Below are positions 1 through 8,242 of a DNA stretch of 64,000 nucleotides, piece after piece. The translations under genes and the position numbers were made by a program. The stretch's first letter is position 1, and each line of letters opens with the position of its first letter. Below the pieces are notes generated by a model, which saw only the letters and a list, made by a program, of their open reading frames with translations, was not told where the DNA came from and did no database searches. The DNA is from a virus, in the IMG/VR virus record IMGVR_UViG_3300045988_149331, positions 1-64,000 of that record; one strand, given 5' to 3'.

Positions 1-866
1 ATACCGCCAAAGTTCTCGACCGCTACCACTATGATATCGGTCTTGCCGAGTTTGGTGACAACGCGCTGAGACATCTTGAGTTTGGCATCCGATATATTAC
101 CGACTTTGACGTCTTGATATATGCCCCCTAACCACGCTGAATCGTAACGCGCCAAGGCTTGCTCACGCGTACCTTCCAACTGAAAGTGTACAACGCGATA
201 CCCCTGCCGAGCGGCGGAGATTCCCAGGTGAACCAACGCTTGTGATTTACCAGCACCGGAAATACCCATCCACAACCACGCTTCGCCTGTTTCAGGACCG
301 CCATTAGCGCCACCCAAGCGATAGTCCAGTTCGTCGATACATGTCGGTATCTTATATCGGTAATTCCAGTCTGTCGAACGGCGTTCCAACTGACGGCGGT
401 TGAAGTCACTAAACACGCGGTCGTACTTGGCGTTCTGGATTGTAAAATGAGATATTTCCTCAGCTGCTGTTATGAGTATGTTGTACGCCTTTTCTTTGTC
501 GCCCAGGTTGTAGGCATCGGCGATACGGTCGTTGGCGTCAAGGAATTTCATCTGGCGAATGTACGCTTCCAGTGACGTTACCAGTGAGGGAATATCTTCG
601 TCCGTAACATCAACGTCGCGGATGTTTTCGATCAACTCCAACACCGCTTCGTCGTCTAAGAACTTTTGCTGTAGCTGACCTGTGGTCGGTACGCGCCCGG
701 TCTTAGAGAAGCGCTCAGTCATGTATTTCCAAACCTTCTTTTCGGCCTCAACCTGAAGATACGAAAAACGCAGGTACTGGTTCAATATGTCGAACACCGA
801 GCGTTTACGCATAGCCGCCGAGAACAACTCGGTTATAAGGTTTGACGATAATCTATCTTTTAGCAT
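1..866 (-). CDS. DnaB-like replicative helicase (RecA-fold ATPase); 3' end runs off the left edge of the window
   Basis: Absent from the ORF track because there is no in-window stop. Manual minus-strand translation from ATG 866..864 stays open to position 1: MLKDRLSSNLITELF...KIPTCIDELDYRLGGANGGPETGEAWLWMGISGAGKSQALVHLGISAARQGYRVVHFQLEG. The 'IPTxIxxLDxxLGG ... GxxGxGKS' layout matches the DnaB/gp4-type helicase domain with Walker A. Overlaps the upstream ORF by 14 nt. Confidence 0.7.
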   Translation of the reverse strand, partial: MLKDRLSSNLITELFSAAMRKRSVFDILNQYLRFSYLQVEAEKKVWKYMTERFSKTGRVPTTGQLQQKFLDDEAVLELIENIRDVDVTDEDIPSLVTSLEAYIRQMKFLDANDRIADAYNLGDKEKAYNILITAAEEISHFTIQNAKYDRVFSDFNRRQLERRSTDWNYRYKIPTCIDELDYRLGGANGGPETGEAWLWMGISGAGKSQALVHLGISAARQGYRVVHFQLEGTREQALARYDSAWLGGIYQDVKVGNISDAKLKMSQRVVTKLGKTDIIVVAVENFGG

Positions 867-1485
867 ATCCTCGTATTTTGTATACAAGCGGGAAATTCTT
901 CCCCAAAAGTTTCTTGCAATCTTTTCGGAACTCACACGTCGCACACCACATACTACGGTGGTGATACAACGTCGTATTCACTATACACCACGCAAAGCCC
1001 TTGTTGGTGCCATAATAGGCTGCCTTGGCTCGTTCTTCGCGATCGATAAGCCTAACCAATAACGCTGGTATTTCGGTATCGAATTTCAGCGTCGAGATGT
1101 CAAATCGGCTTTTAAGACCACGGGCTGTTTTATAAGTGGCCGACGCGGGTTTAACCTCCTCCCATGCCTTCACTGCCTGCCTACTAAACAGCCACGTCAA
1201 ACGTGTACGGCTCAACACCTTACGATCTATACGACCGCGCCTATCGCCGTAACGACACTGTAATTGAAACAGCATAAACCGCCGCACGAAATCCTCAGTG
1301 GCGTTTGGGTAACGATCCGCGAAATGATTCCACGTGTGAATATCGGTATTATTCACACGAAACGTATTGCGCATATCACACCCCATTTGGTACAACGTAT
1401 CGACTAAAAGTCGGACGGCGTATCGGTAGAGTGACGGTTTACAGATAACCAAATCTTCAGCCATCGTTCGAGAGTTGTGAGCCAA
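853..1485 (-). CDS. hypothetical protein with C-terminal Cys cluster (possible zinc binding)
   Basis: 210-aa ORF ending ...CIVNTTLYHHRSMWCATCEFRKDC.... Start is uncertain: M34 at 1386 would remove the 82-nt overlap with the upstream helicase gene. Confidence 0.5.
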   Translation of the reverse strand: MAHNSRTMAEDLVICKPSLYRYAVRLLVDTLYQMGCDMRNTFRVNNTDIHTWNHFADRYPNATEDFVRRFMLFQLQCRYGDRRGRIDRKVLSRTRLTWLFSRQAVKAWEEVKPASATYKTARGLKSRFDISTLKFDTEIPALLVRLIDREERAKAAYYGTNKGFAWCIVNTTLYHHRSMWCATCEFRKDCKKLLGKNFPLVYKIRGYAKR

Positions 1486-2960
1486 TTTTCAACCGCCGTG
1501 TCCAGTATTCCGATACCTGCTTCACCGACGGCTTTAACGTAGGTATTTAACCGTGTCGATGAGTGCTCCGAGAAATAAGCGTCGTCGATGTCGATAAAGT
1601 CGATAATCGCTGAACGGCTCTTGGCTTCTGTGGCGCCTAAAACACGGCCTTTACGCTGAATGGTGTTGGCGTTTTCCAAACCGCCATCGACGTTGAATAG
1701 CACCTCAACCTCCGGCAGCGTCACACCCTTCTTGAAGATATTCGAGGCCATCAACACGCCGCCATCAGGACGAGCCAAGAACTCTTCCTTAACGCGATCA
1801 CGTGTTTCGTTGTCGGTATTGCCGTGGATGAAGGTGCACCCGGTAAGTTCAGCGATGTGACGACCGTGATCTATAGACTGGAACATCACCAGCGTCTTGA
1901 AGCCGTTAGCACGACACGTTTCGATAACCTTCACCACCACGGCGTCACGGATTTGGCTGTTGAAGATAATGGCCTTCTGGTAGGCGGCGTAGGTACACGC
2001 CCTCAGGGCTCTTGAATCCTGCTCTAAAGCCAGCAGGAAGACCTTGTATTCTGTAAGCACACCGCGTTCGCGCAGCGTCTCTTCCTTGATACGATAAACG
2101 ACATCGCCACTCCAAGCCTTCAAACGCAAGTTCTCTACAAACGCCTCTGCGCGATACGGCGTGGCCGAAAGGCTCAGCTGGTGTGTGAGCGACTTGCAAC
2201 TTTTATATATCTTCAACTTAGGGGACGATGCGTTATCATGTACCTCGTCAACAATCAAAAACCGGAGCCCGCGTAGGAAGGTCTTTAGTTTGTTCTTTTT
2301 GCCGGTTTCAGTGCACCGCTTGGACAGCGTGGCTTGGATGGTTTGTATCATCGCCACGGTGACGCGTTTTTCAGTGTCGATACGTCCGGCGCGTATTTCG
2401 CCAATTTCGATACCGCCATACGGCTCGAAATAACGCTTGAAATCGTCGATAGCCTGCTGGAATAGCGTTTTACTATCAACAACGAACATAACCTTGTACG
2501 ATACTGCCTCGGTCTGCAAGAAGATGCGTATACATTCGCCAGCGATAAAAGTTTTACCACCACGCGTCGGAACAACAATAATCCCTATCCTCCGGCAAAA
2601 GAACGCCTCAACGGCCCTGCGCTGGTGAATGTACTTACCACCCAAACGTTCATCGATCTTGACTGACCGAGGCAGTTTGAAATCATAATCCACCAAGCGA
2701 TACTCGCGTCCGGCGGATGACAGTTTCTTAATCAACGTCGGCAGCATGCCTACCTTGAACGTCATATCGCGGCGGTCGAACATTTGAATCTGGTCGCTGT
2801 ATGCAAAGGGACTCGGATTGGCGTATGTTAACGCCTTGGCCACGATACGCTTTCCAACAGCGTCGCATCCAGCGAACGAATATTCAAAAAAGTTTACACG
2901 TGTAAGCACGATCTTGTAACCCGCCATAGCCATATCCCTTTCGGTATCTTCTGTTAGCAT
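1404..2960 (-). CDS. superfamily-2 DEAD/DEAH-box helicase
   Basis: Walker A 'VVPTRGGKTFIAGE', motif II 'LIVDEVHD', motif III 'LSATPYR', and a C-terminal helicase lobe 'TIQRKGRVLG'. Confidence 0.8.
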   Translation of the reverse strand: MLTEDTERDMAMAGYKIVLTRVNFFEYSFAGCDAVGKRIVAKALTYANPSPFAYSDQIQMFDRRDMTFKVGMLPTLIKKLSSAGREYRLVDYDFKLPRSVKIDERLGGKYIHQRRAVEAFFCRRIGIIVVPTRGGKTFIAGECIRIFLQTEAVSYKVMFVVDSKTLFQQAIDDFKRYFEPYGGIEIGEIRAGRIDTEKRVTVAMIQTIQATLSKRCTETGKKNKLKTFLRGLRFLIVDEVHDNASSPKLKIYKSCKSLTHQLSLSATPYRAEAFVENLRLKAWSGDVVYRIKEETLRERGVLTEYKVFLLALEQDSRALRACTYAAYQKAIIFNSQIRDAVVVKVIETCRANGFKTLVMFQSIDHGRHIAELTGCTFIHGNTDNETRDRVKEEFLARPDGGVLMASNIFKKGVTLPEVEVLFNVDGGLENANTIQRKGRVLGATEAKSRSAIIDFIDIDDAYFSEHSSTRLNTYVKAVGEAGIGILDTAVENWLTTLERWLKIWLSVNRHSTDTPSDF

Positions 2961-3243
2961 ACTGTTCCTTTAACTTTGACGCTGTCAGGTCGCCTGGAAT
3001 AGGTTTTATCACAACCCAAACACCATACTGGGGTGTGTGGCGGATGTACTCTGCTCCAGCCAACATATTGAAATAACCGTTGACGGTGGTCAATGAACCG
3101 TATTTGCGGTAATTCTCCACCTTCTCTTCCAAGATGGCGCGTACAGCCTTTTGAGTCACTAAACTGCCATAGCTGCACTTGGCCATATATTCACGGATCA
3201 CGCTCCAGGCAGTGATACTCGTTTTGGTACGTCGAAAGACCAT
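2884..3243 (-). CDS. hypothetical protein
   Basis: 119-aa ORF, co-directional and in operon context. No recognised motif. Confidence 0.5.
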   Translation of the reverse strand: MVFRRTKTSITAWSVIREYMAKCSYGSLVTQKAVRAILEEKVENYRKYGSLTTVNGYFNMLAGAEYIRHTPQYGVWVVIKPIPGDLTASKLKEQYANRRYRKGYGYGGLQDRAYTCKLF

Positions 3244-3255
3244 ATCATTCGTATT

Positions 3256-3441
3256 TTATAACCAACAATCAGATTCCACACAGGTTTCCTTCCTGCGAAC
3301 ATAGCGCAAGGCCGATGTACGCTTTAAGCGGTTGTACACGCGACGGCGGGCGTCGTTGCTATCCTTGGCACGAACGGTGAACTCCAGTATCTGGTCCAAC
3401 TCGATCGTAACGTGGTGAATATTATTTTTCGTCTTCTTCAT
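3256..3441 (-). CDS. hypothetical protein
   Basis: 61-aa ORF packed between neighbouring genes. Confidence 0.4.
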   Translation of the reverse strand: MKKTKNNIHHVTIELDQILEFTVRAKDSNDARRRVYNRLKRTSALRYVRRKETCVESDCWL

Positions 3442-3781
3442 GGTCGATAAGATTGGCGTAATACGTCACGAGGTCTTGAAGGAAATTCAATCGAACATCC
3501 TTTTCATGATAGTCCCACCAAAAGAGGTCTTCCGGATCGCAATCAGCAGGACGTACAAACTGGGGGATGAGATCAGTGACAGTGACGCCATGATATCTGT
3601 GTTCGTAATTCATAAACACAAGCATCTTGGCGTTTAACTTTTGATCGTCAGTTTCAACAAAACCTTCACGGCGTATAATTCTGCAAAACAACCCACACAA
3701 TCCAGTGTAGGCATCATTGTTCTTTCGCCATTCATCACGCGCCAACACGCACATCTTAAATCTCCATTCATTTGCAGTCAT
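3422..3781 (-). CDS. hypothetical protein, first gene of the replication-module operon
   Basis: 119-aa ORF directly downstream of the 3782-4130 intergenic spacer. Confidence 0.55.
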   Translation of the reverse strand: MTANEWRFKMCVLARDEWRKNNDAYTGLCGLFCRIIRREGFVETDDQKLNAKMLVFMNYEHRYHGVTVTDLIPQFVRPADCDPEDLFWWDYHEKDVRLNFLQDLVTYYANLIDHEEDEK

Positions 3782-3862
3782 TTCATCAACAATTTCGTTT
3801 CACAATCGCGTTCTCGCGCACACGCCAGCATTACATTTGCTGGTGGGGGACATAGCGAAGGA

Positions 3863-3881
3863 GGTTTACCCCCTTTCCCCC
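3863..3881. repeat. direct repeat copy A (GGTTTACCCCCTTTCCCCC)
   Basis: Shares the exact 10-mer GGTTTACCCC and a following T/C-rich ...CCCC tail with copy B, 66 nt away in the same intergenic spacer. Confidence 0.6.
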
Positions 3882-3928
3882 TACTGCCAATATGGCGTCT
3901 TGCTGTATGGGTCGCGTGTCGTTGAAGT

Positions 3929-3949
3929 GGTTTACCCCTGTTCATCCCC
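3929..3949. repeat. direct repeat copy B (GGTTTACCCCTGTTCATCCCC)
   Basis: See copy A. Confidence 0.6.
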
Positions 3950-4082
3950 AATACCGTTGCACGCTTTGGTAACGACATAAACGTTGTGGCCATTTTAAGC
4001 GTCGTTCGACATTGCGCGAGGTACGTGTATAGGCGCGTATAGGAAAACTCGCTGCCAAGAGCAAAATGGGCCTACAAACGCG

Positions 4083-4109
4083 AAAAAAGCCCCGGCTGTT
4101 ACCGGGGCT
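4083..4109 (-). terminator. rho-independent terminator closing the late/tail operon
   Basis: Minus strand reads AGCCCCGG-TAACAG-CCGGGGCT followed by TTTTTT. It lies 22 nt after the stop of 4131..4565. Confidence 0.8.
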
Positions 4110-4130
4110 CGTTTAGGCTAACACCTGAAT

Positions 4131-4565
4131 CTACCGTTTAGGCGGGTATTTCTTGTTGGAAATATACTTAATCCACCCGAACCAGTGATTCCAGAAATGA
4201 CGCGAATACTCGGGGTCATCCTGCGTGTACTGGCATTCGGTTTCGAAACAGATGTTCTTGTACGCCATGTCGTACGGAGGCAGGAAGATTTCGATCAACC
4301 AGCACACCACGTACACGGCGTAATACGAGGCCAACCACAACAGCCACCACCACGGGTTGTAGTCGTAGATGAGCCACGTCGTAAGGAACAACGCGAAGGA
4401 TGTGATCATAATCTGCAGGACCTGATGCCAATGACGCCGTTCGTGACGGTAGATAGGCTCGGGGACTACACGTCCGTGTTTGTCTTCACGGACGAAGATC
4501 ATGAACCACAGCGTCATCATCCAGAACTTTCCGACGGGGATGTACTTGTTGAAGATAATCCACAT
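4131..4565 (-). CDS. Trp-rich multi-pass membrane protein with an HExxH motif (holin-like or membrane zincin-like)
   Basis: 144 aa with hydrophobic segments (FWMMTLWFMIF, ITSFALFLTTWLI, WWWLLWLASYYAVYVVCWLIEIF). 'HERRH' at aa 41-45. Last gene before the terminator. Confidence 0.5.
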   Translation of the reverse strand: MWIIFNKYIPVGKFWMMTLWFMIFVREDKHGRVVPEPIYRHERRHWHQVLQIMITSFALFLTTWLIYDYNPWWWLLWLASYYAVYVVCWLIEIFLPPYDMAYKNICFETECQYTQDDPEYSRHFWNHWFGWIKYISNKKYPPKR

Positions 4566-4576
4566 ACCTCACGCGA

Positions 4577-4885
4577 TTAGGCGCCAGCCGTTACGTTGAT
4601 AGTGCAGGCGGTTCCTTCAACCGTGCCGGTGCCCTGGGCCGTGCCAGTGATGGTGATGGTCTGGAGGAGGTCGGCCTTCAGTGCGTAGGTGGACATGTCG
4701 GGCTTGCCCTGGATGTCGTCCCAGTTGACTTGCGTTGCGTCGCCACCGCCCGAGCCAGCGTCGGCCAGTTTCAGATCGACGATTTTGAGGAGGTCGTTGA
4801 CCGTCTCCATCGTAGCGTAGGGAGTGATCGCGAGGCTCTCACGAATCTTGGCGATGAGGGCCTGAATTTTCTCTGCGTTAGTCAT
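4577..4885 (-). CDS. small tail-fibre-associated protein
   Basis: 'VNWDDIQGKP' matches the W-x-x-I-x-GKP motif common in phage fibre proteins. Gly/Thr-rich C-terminus. Confidence 0.5.
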   Translation of the reverse strand: MTNAEKIQALIAKIRESLAITPYATMETVNDLLKIVDLKLADAGSGGGDATQVNWDDIQGKPDMSTYALKADLLQTITITGTAQGTGTVEGTACTINVTAGA

Positions 4886-4920
4886 AATAGTTTGTTGTTA
4901 AGATGTTGATAATAAAAGGT

Positions 4921-5232
4921 TTAATTCTTAGGGAATCCTGCTTTGGTAGTATTACCGTAAAGACCCACAGTTTGGGCGGTGTCCCATGTAGCGATTACCA
5001 GGTTGTCGGACGTTTGTATGACCTTCAATTGCCGCTGAATTTGGGAGGCCACAGGTACACCCGGCGCTGACGTCGTGAATGTAATGGTCTTCTCGCGTTG
5101 TGCGCCTGTGTAGTTCCAGTCGGACGTTACCTCGATGGACGTCGTTCCAGGCAGTTTTGCAGGATCATACGACACGTAGAAATTGTCGCTGGACTCGTCT
5201 CCCCAAGCAATCGTTGTTTTTTGTATAGCCAT
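4921..5232 (-). CDS. BACON/Ig-like domain protein
   Basis: 'TSIEVTSDWNYTGAQREKTITFTTS...QLKVIQ' follows the BACON-type pattern (S/N-x-x-W ... R-x-x-I-x-F/V ... V-x-Q). Confidence 0.45.
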   Translation of the reverse strand: MAIQKTTIAWGDESSDNFYVSYDPAKLPGTTSIEVTSDWNYTGAQREKTITFTTSAPGVPVASQIQRQLKVIQTSDNLVIATWDTAQTVGLYGNTTKAGFPKN

Positions 5233-5247
5233 ACTCGTTTAATTGAT

Positions 5248-5275
5248 CCTGGAGGAAGGTCTCCCCGCCTCCAGG
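5248..5275 (-). promoter_or_regulatory. intergenic stem-loop (8-bp stem CCTGGAGG/CCTCCAGG), no U-tract
   Basis: Perfect inverted repeat between the stop of 5293..5919 and the start of 4921..5232. Confidence 0.4.
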
Positions 5276-5292
5276 ATGATAGGGTTGAAACG

Positions 5293-5919
5293 TTACGAAA
5301 TACTGAACGTGGTGTTGGTGGACACGTTGAGCGTCACGCCCGAACCGTCCTGCGGAACGTTGACCGTGGTCTTGTCCAGATTCAGGTACGGATCGCCAGC
5401 CGTCTGTTTCAGTGTGATGGTAGTCGTCTTGGTGCCGGAAGTCGTAGCGGTGATCTGCTGCGTGCGCTCCGAAATGGTGGTGTTCTCCGCAGCGTTCAGC
5501 GTCAGAACGAATGCATACTTTTTCGTCGCACCCGGGTCGTTCGTGATTGCCACACCGGAAGTAGCGGCTGCGCCGTTAGCCCGGTAGGCAATCGACGCCA
5601 CGTCTTCGTCGATGATGTCGCCAGCCCCCTTCGAGAAGGTGATGGTTGCGGCGTTTGACATACCGTCCAACACCACCGAACCCCCCTCCTTGGGAACTGA
5701 GGCTTCAGCGCCGTCGTCCCACGAAATGAACTCAGCTGCTGCCTGGAGTACAGCGGAGAACGTCTTGTTAGGCGTAACGCCAGGAGCCGTTACCGTGAAA
5801 GTGTCAGTTTGGTTGACGCGGTTTCCGAGATTGGCAACTTTTGCCTTGAGCGTCAGCTCGGTGTCACCAGACCCCGACCCGGGGGTACAGATGACGTAGC
5901 TTTTTGTTACATCAGCCAT
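5293..5919 (-). CDS. Ig/BACON-like repeat virion surface protein
   Basis: 208 aa, Thr/Ser/Asn-rich beta-type repeats ('DTFTVTAPGVTP', 'TTTITLKQTAGDPYLNLDKTTVNVPQDGSGVTLNVSTNTTFSIS'). A11 leader immediately upstream. Confidence 0.45.
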   Translation of the reverse strand: MADVTKSYVICTPGSGSGDTELTLKAKVANLGNRVNQTDTFTVTAPGVTPNKTFSAVLQAAAEFISWDDGAEASVPKEGGSVVLDGMSNAATITFSKGAGDIIDEDVASIAYRANGAAATSGVAITNDPGATKKYAFVLTLNAAENTTISERTQQITATTSGTKTTTITLKQTAGDPYLNLDKTTVNVPQDGSGVTLNVSTNTTFSIS

Positions 5920-5941
5920 AGCTTTTTTTTTTTGAGATGGA

Positions 5942-6223
5942 TTATTCTACAGTAAATTCTGTATTCGTAAATATCATGTTCTTACTCTCTTCGGCGGGAT
6001 TCTGGCTTACGTACACCACCAGTTTCTCGATTTCAAGATATGGCAAAGAACTTCGATCGTACAACACTTCTCCATTAAGGACAACGCGATGAATGGTTGG
6101 ACCAGGTTGCCCTTCAGTAAAGGGCCAGATGACTTGACCGTTGAAGAGAACGCGGCGTATGGCCTCACCAGACAGTAATCGCCGTCCGTTGAGTACCATA
6201 TCCGATATCTTTCTATTAGCCAT
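5942..6223 (-). CDS. hypothetical protein (tail-fibre module)
   Basis: 93-aa ORF in tight operon packing. Confidence 0.5.
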   Translation of the reverse strand: MANRKISDMVLNGRRLLSGEAIRRVLFNGQVIWPFTEGQPGPTIHRVVLNGEVLYDRSSLPYLEIEKLVVYVSQNPAEESKNMIFTNTEFTVE

Positions 6224-6440
6224 CGGTTTCTGATTTTACCTCAATGTACAAAATGTTGTCTTGTTGAGAAGGAGCGTTTTCGGTGATTTCAACACCTCGT
6301 ACCGTGAGTGAACGAACAGCCTTGGCGTTGATCTCACTTTGGAACTCTTGTTCGTCTTCGTCGAATACTTGCGCGCTTCGCGCCAACTTTCCGTCAGCTG
6401 CCTTGCAGTGAAGAAGTCCGTAGATATCGATCTCTGCCAT
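6216..6440 (-). CDS. small protein carrying a copy of the tail-fibre N-terminal module
   Basis: Start preferred at M22 of the listed ORF (ATG 6440..6438, 6 nt after the upstream stop). 'MAEIDIYGLLHCKAADGKLARSAQVFDEDEQEFQSEINAK' parallels 'MGEYINIYGLLFAKTADGKLAFTGQIWDEELQKFQSDINKL' of 6446..8230. Confidence 0.55.
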   Translation of the reverse strand: MAEIDIYGLLHCKAADGKLARSAQVFDEDEQEFQSEINAKAVRSLTVRGVEITENAPSQQDNILYIEVKSETDG

Positions 6441-6445
6441 GACGC

Positions 6446-8230
6446 TTACGCAATTACACCGGTAAACGTACCCTCCGCAAACGGACTTGCGCTGCGGTAA
6501 CATTTGTAGTCGCCCTTTCCGTCAACGGCAACCGTTACCGGAGCGGCCATCGGTACGTCGAAACCACCCGATTTTACACTGTTGACGGACATCGTCGAGG
6601 GAACACACAGCCAGAGATACTCGTTGGCGCCGACCTCAACCGTTGCGTTACCCGCGGGCGACGACTTGATAGGTTGCTTAGTCATGGCCAGAATATCGGC
6701 CGACTCCAGAGCGTTCTTAGCCGACGCACCGAAATACATCGGATAGTAGGCGTTGACCGTTACCGAAGCAGTCTTGGCGATACCCTTGATGACGGCCGTC
6801 ATGGAGTATGCCTGGGTGTCGGTCACCGAATCCCCGATAGTTTTGAGCGTTTTGTCGGAGGTGAGAACCTCGCTTCCTTTCTTTACCTCCAACGAATCAG
6901 GCTCAATTTCCTGGTTGTTGAATTTCGTAGACCAGTTCAGCGTCACGTTGGTTTCAACGCCTTTCTCAAACAAAGCCGGGGTGCGGCTCATCGACAGAGC
7001 GGTGTACTGGGTGAAGAGAATCTGGTTGATGTCATCAACGTCGGCTTGAGAAGCGGCACCGATGTTATTCCGTGCTTGGAGTTTTTGCGAGTCGGCGAGC
7101 GACTGCGTCTGGCTGAAAAGTACAGCACCTTGGGGTATGAATACATTCGCGGTGCGCAAGCGATTGAGTGCCGTAGGGATGCCTGTTTCGCCGCCGACAA
7201 TTTGGTACTCCGAAATACTACCGCCGGGTCGCATCGCGATGAAGGTCATCTCTTCGTTGCTCCAAGCAACCACCGTACCGAATTGTTGTTTGGGGTTTTG
7301 TACGCTGTCTTTCGAGTAGAACCAGAATACCGGACTGGTTTCGTCGATCGTACCCATGAACGCGATAAGGCGTACAAGGAACGCATACATCGGTGAATCG
7401 TCAGCGATATCGTACTGCGACAAGTCATCACCACCCACACCCACGTATGTCGGTGCCACTACCTGCAAAAGACCGTCAACGGTTTCAGCATCAATAGCAC
7501 CGATATTGCTTCTGGCGATAGACTTTTGCTGAGGGGTGAGCGTTTGACGTTCGTATTTCACTGCCACCTGGTCTTTTATGTCTGTCGCCGCTAAAGTAGA
7601 AAGTCTTTTGCTGGATATCGTCAGCGTGGCGCGTCGGAACGAAAAGTTGGTGTTAAAAGAAAAGAAGTCAATAGTCGAAGGCGTTATGATGGCTTTCGTG
7701 AAGATGAATCCAGCCTGATCGCCATCAATGGGAATGATTGCCGTGGCGTTTTGGATAGCGGCGAAATCCTCGTCCGACAGCACAGTGCCGAACAACGCGC
7801 TGGGGATTTTGACGATGTTCAGACCAGCGTTCGCCAGTACTTGGTTTTGCTGCTTGGCGGTAAGCGTTTGCTCCTGGTCGAACACCAGCGCGTTGTTTTC
7901 ACCACCGCCGAAGGAAGCCCATGCGCCGTCAATCCACATCGAGGCGTCGTAGACAACTGGGTCGCTACTCTCACGCTTGACGAGGTAAATCTTGTTGGCC
8001 TCACCCGTTTGAGGAAGCGACTCAACGACCTCGGTCGAAGTGGCGTTCTTAAGCGACTCTGGAAGCAGGTCGGCGGGCAGTTTGCCGTCCTCCCCCAGCT
8101 GGGGGGTCAACTTGTTGATGTCGGACTGGAACTTTTGCAGTTCCTCGTCCCAGATTTGGCCTGTGAACGCGAGTTTGCCGTCGGCGGTCTTCGCGAAAAG
8201 CAAGCCATAGATGTTAATGTATTCTCCCAT
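6446..8230 (-). CDS. tail fibre / receptor-binding protein 1
   Basis: 594 aa, positioned after the baseplate genes. Its C-terminal ~190 aa are paralogous to the C-terminus of 8243..9367. Confidence 0.6.
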   Translation of the reverse strand: MGEYINIYGLLFAKTADGKLAFTGQIWDEELQKFQSDINKLTPQLGEDGKLPADLLPESLKNATSTEVVESLPQTGEANKIYLVKRESSDPVVYDASMWIDGAWASFGGGENNALVFDQEQTLTAKQQNQVLANAGLNIVKIPSALFGTVLSDEDFAAIQNATAIIPIDGDQAGFIFTKAIITPSTIDFFSFNTNFSFRRATLTISSKRLSTLAATDIKDQVAVKYERQTLTPQQKSIARSNIGAIDAETVDGLLQVVAPTYVGVGGDDLSQYDIADDSPMYAFLVRLIAFMGTIDETSPVFWFYSKDSVQNPKQQFGTVVAWSNEEMTFIAMRPGGSISEYQIVGGETGIPTALNRLRTANVFIPQGAVLFSQTQSLADSQKLQARNNIGAASQADVDDINQILFTQYTALSMSRTPALFEKGVETNVTLNWSTKFNNQEIEPDSLEVKKGSEVLTSDKTLKTIGDSVTDTQAYSMTAVIKGIAKTASVTVNAYYPMYFGASAKNALESADILAMTKQPIKSSPAGNATVEVGANEYLWLCVPSTMSVNSVKSGGFDVPMAAPVTVAVDGKGDYKCYRSASPFAEGTFTGVIA

Positions 8231-8242
8231 AGTACTTTGAAA

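Noticed and set aside
128-409. A 93-aa minus-strand ORF from the supplied track.
   Set aside because: It is out of frame within the DnaB-like helicase reading frame, which carries the Walker A motif and is open from 866 to position 1.
3778-3993. A 71-aa minus-strand ORF in the large spacer.
   Set aside because: The translation is basic and low-complexity, it overlaps the next gene's start, and it covers the direct repeats. It is more likely non-coding regulatory DNA.
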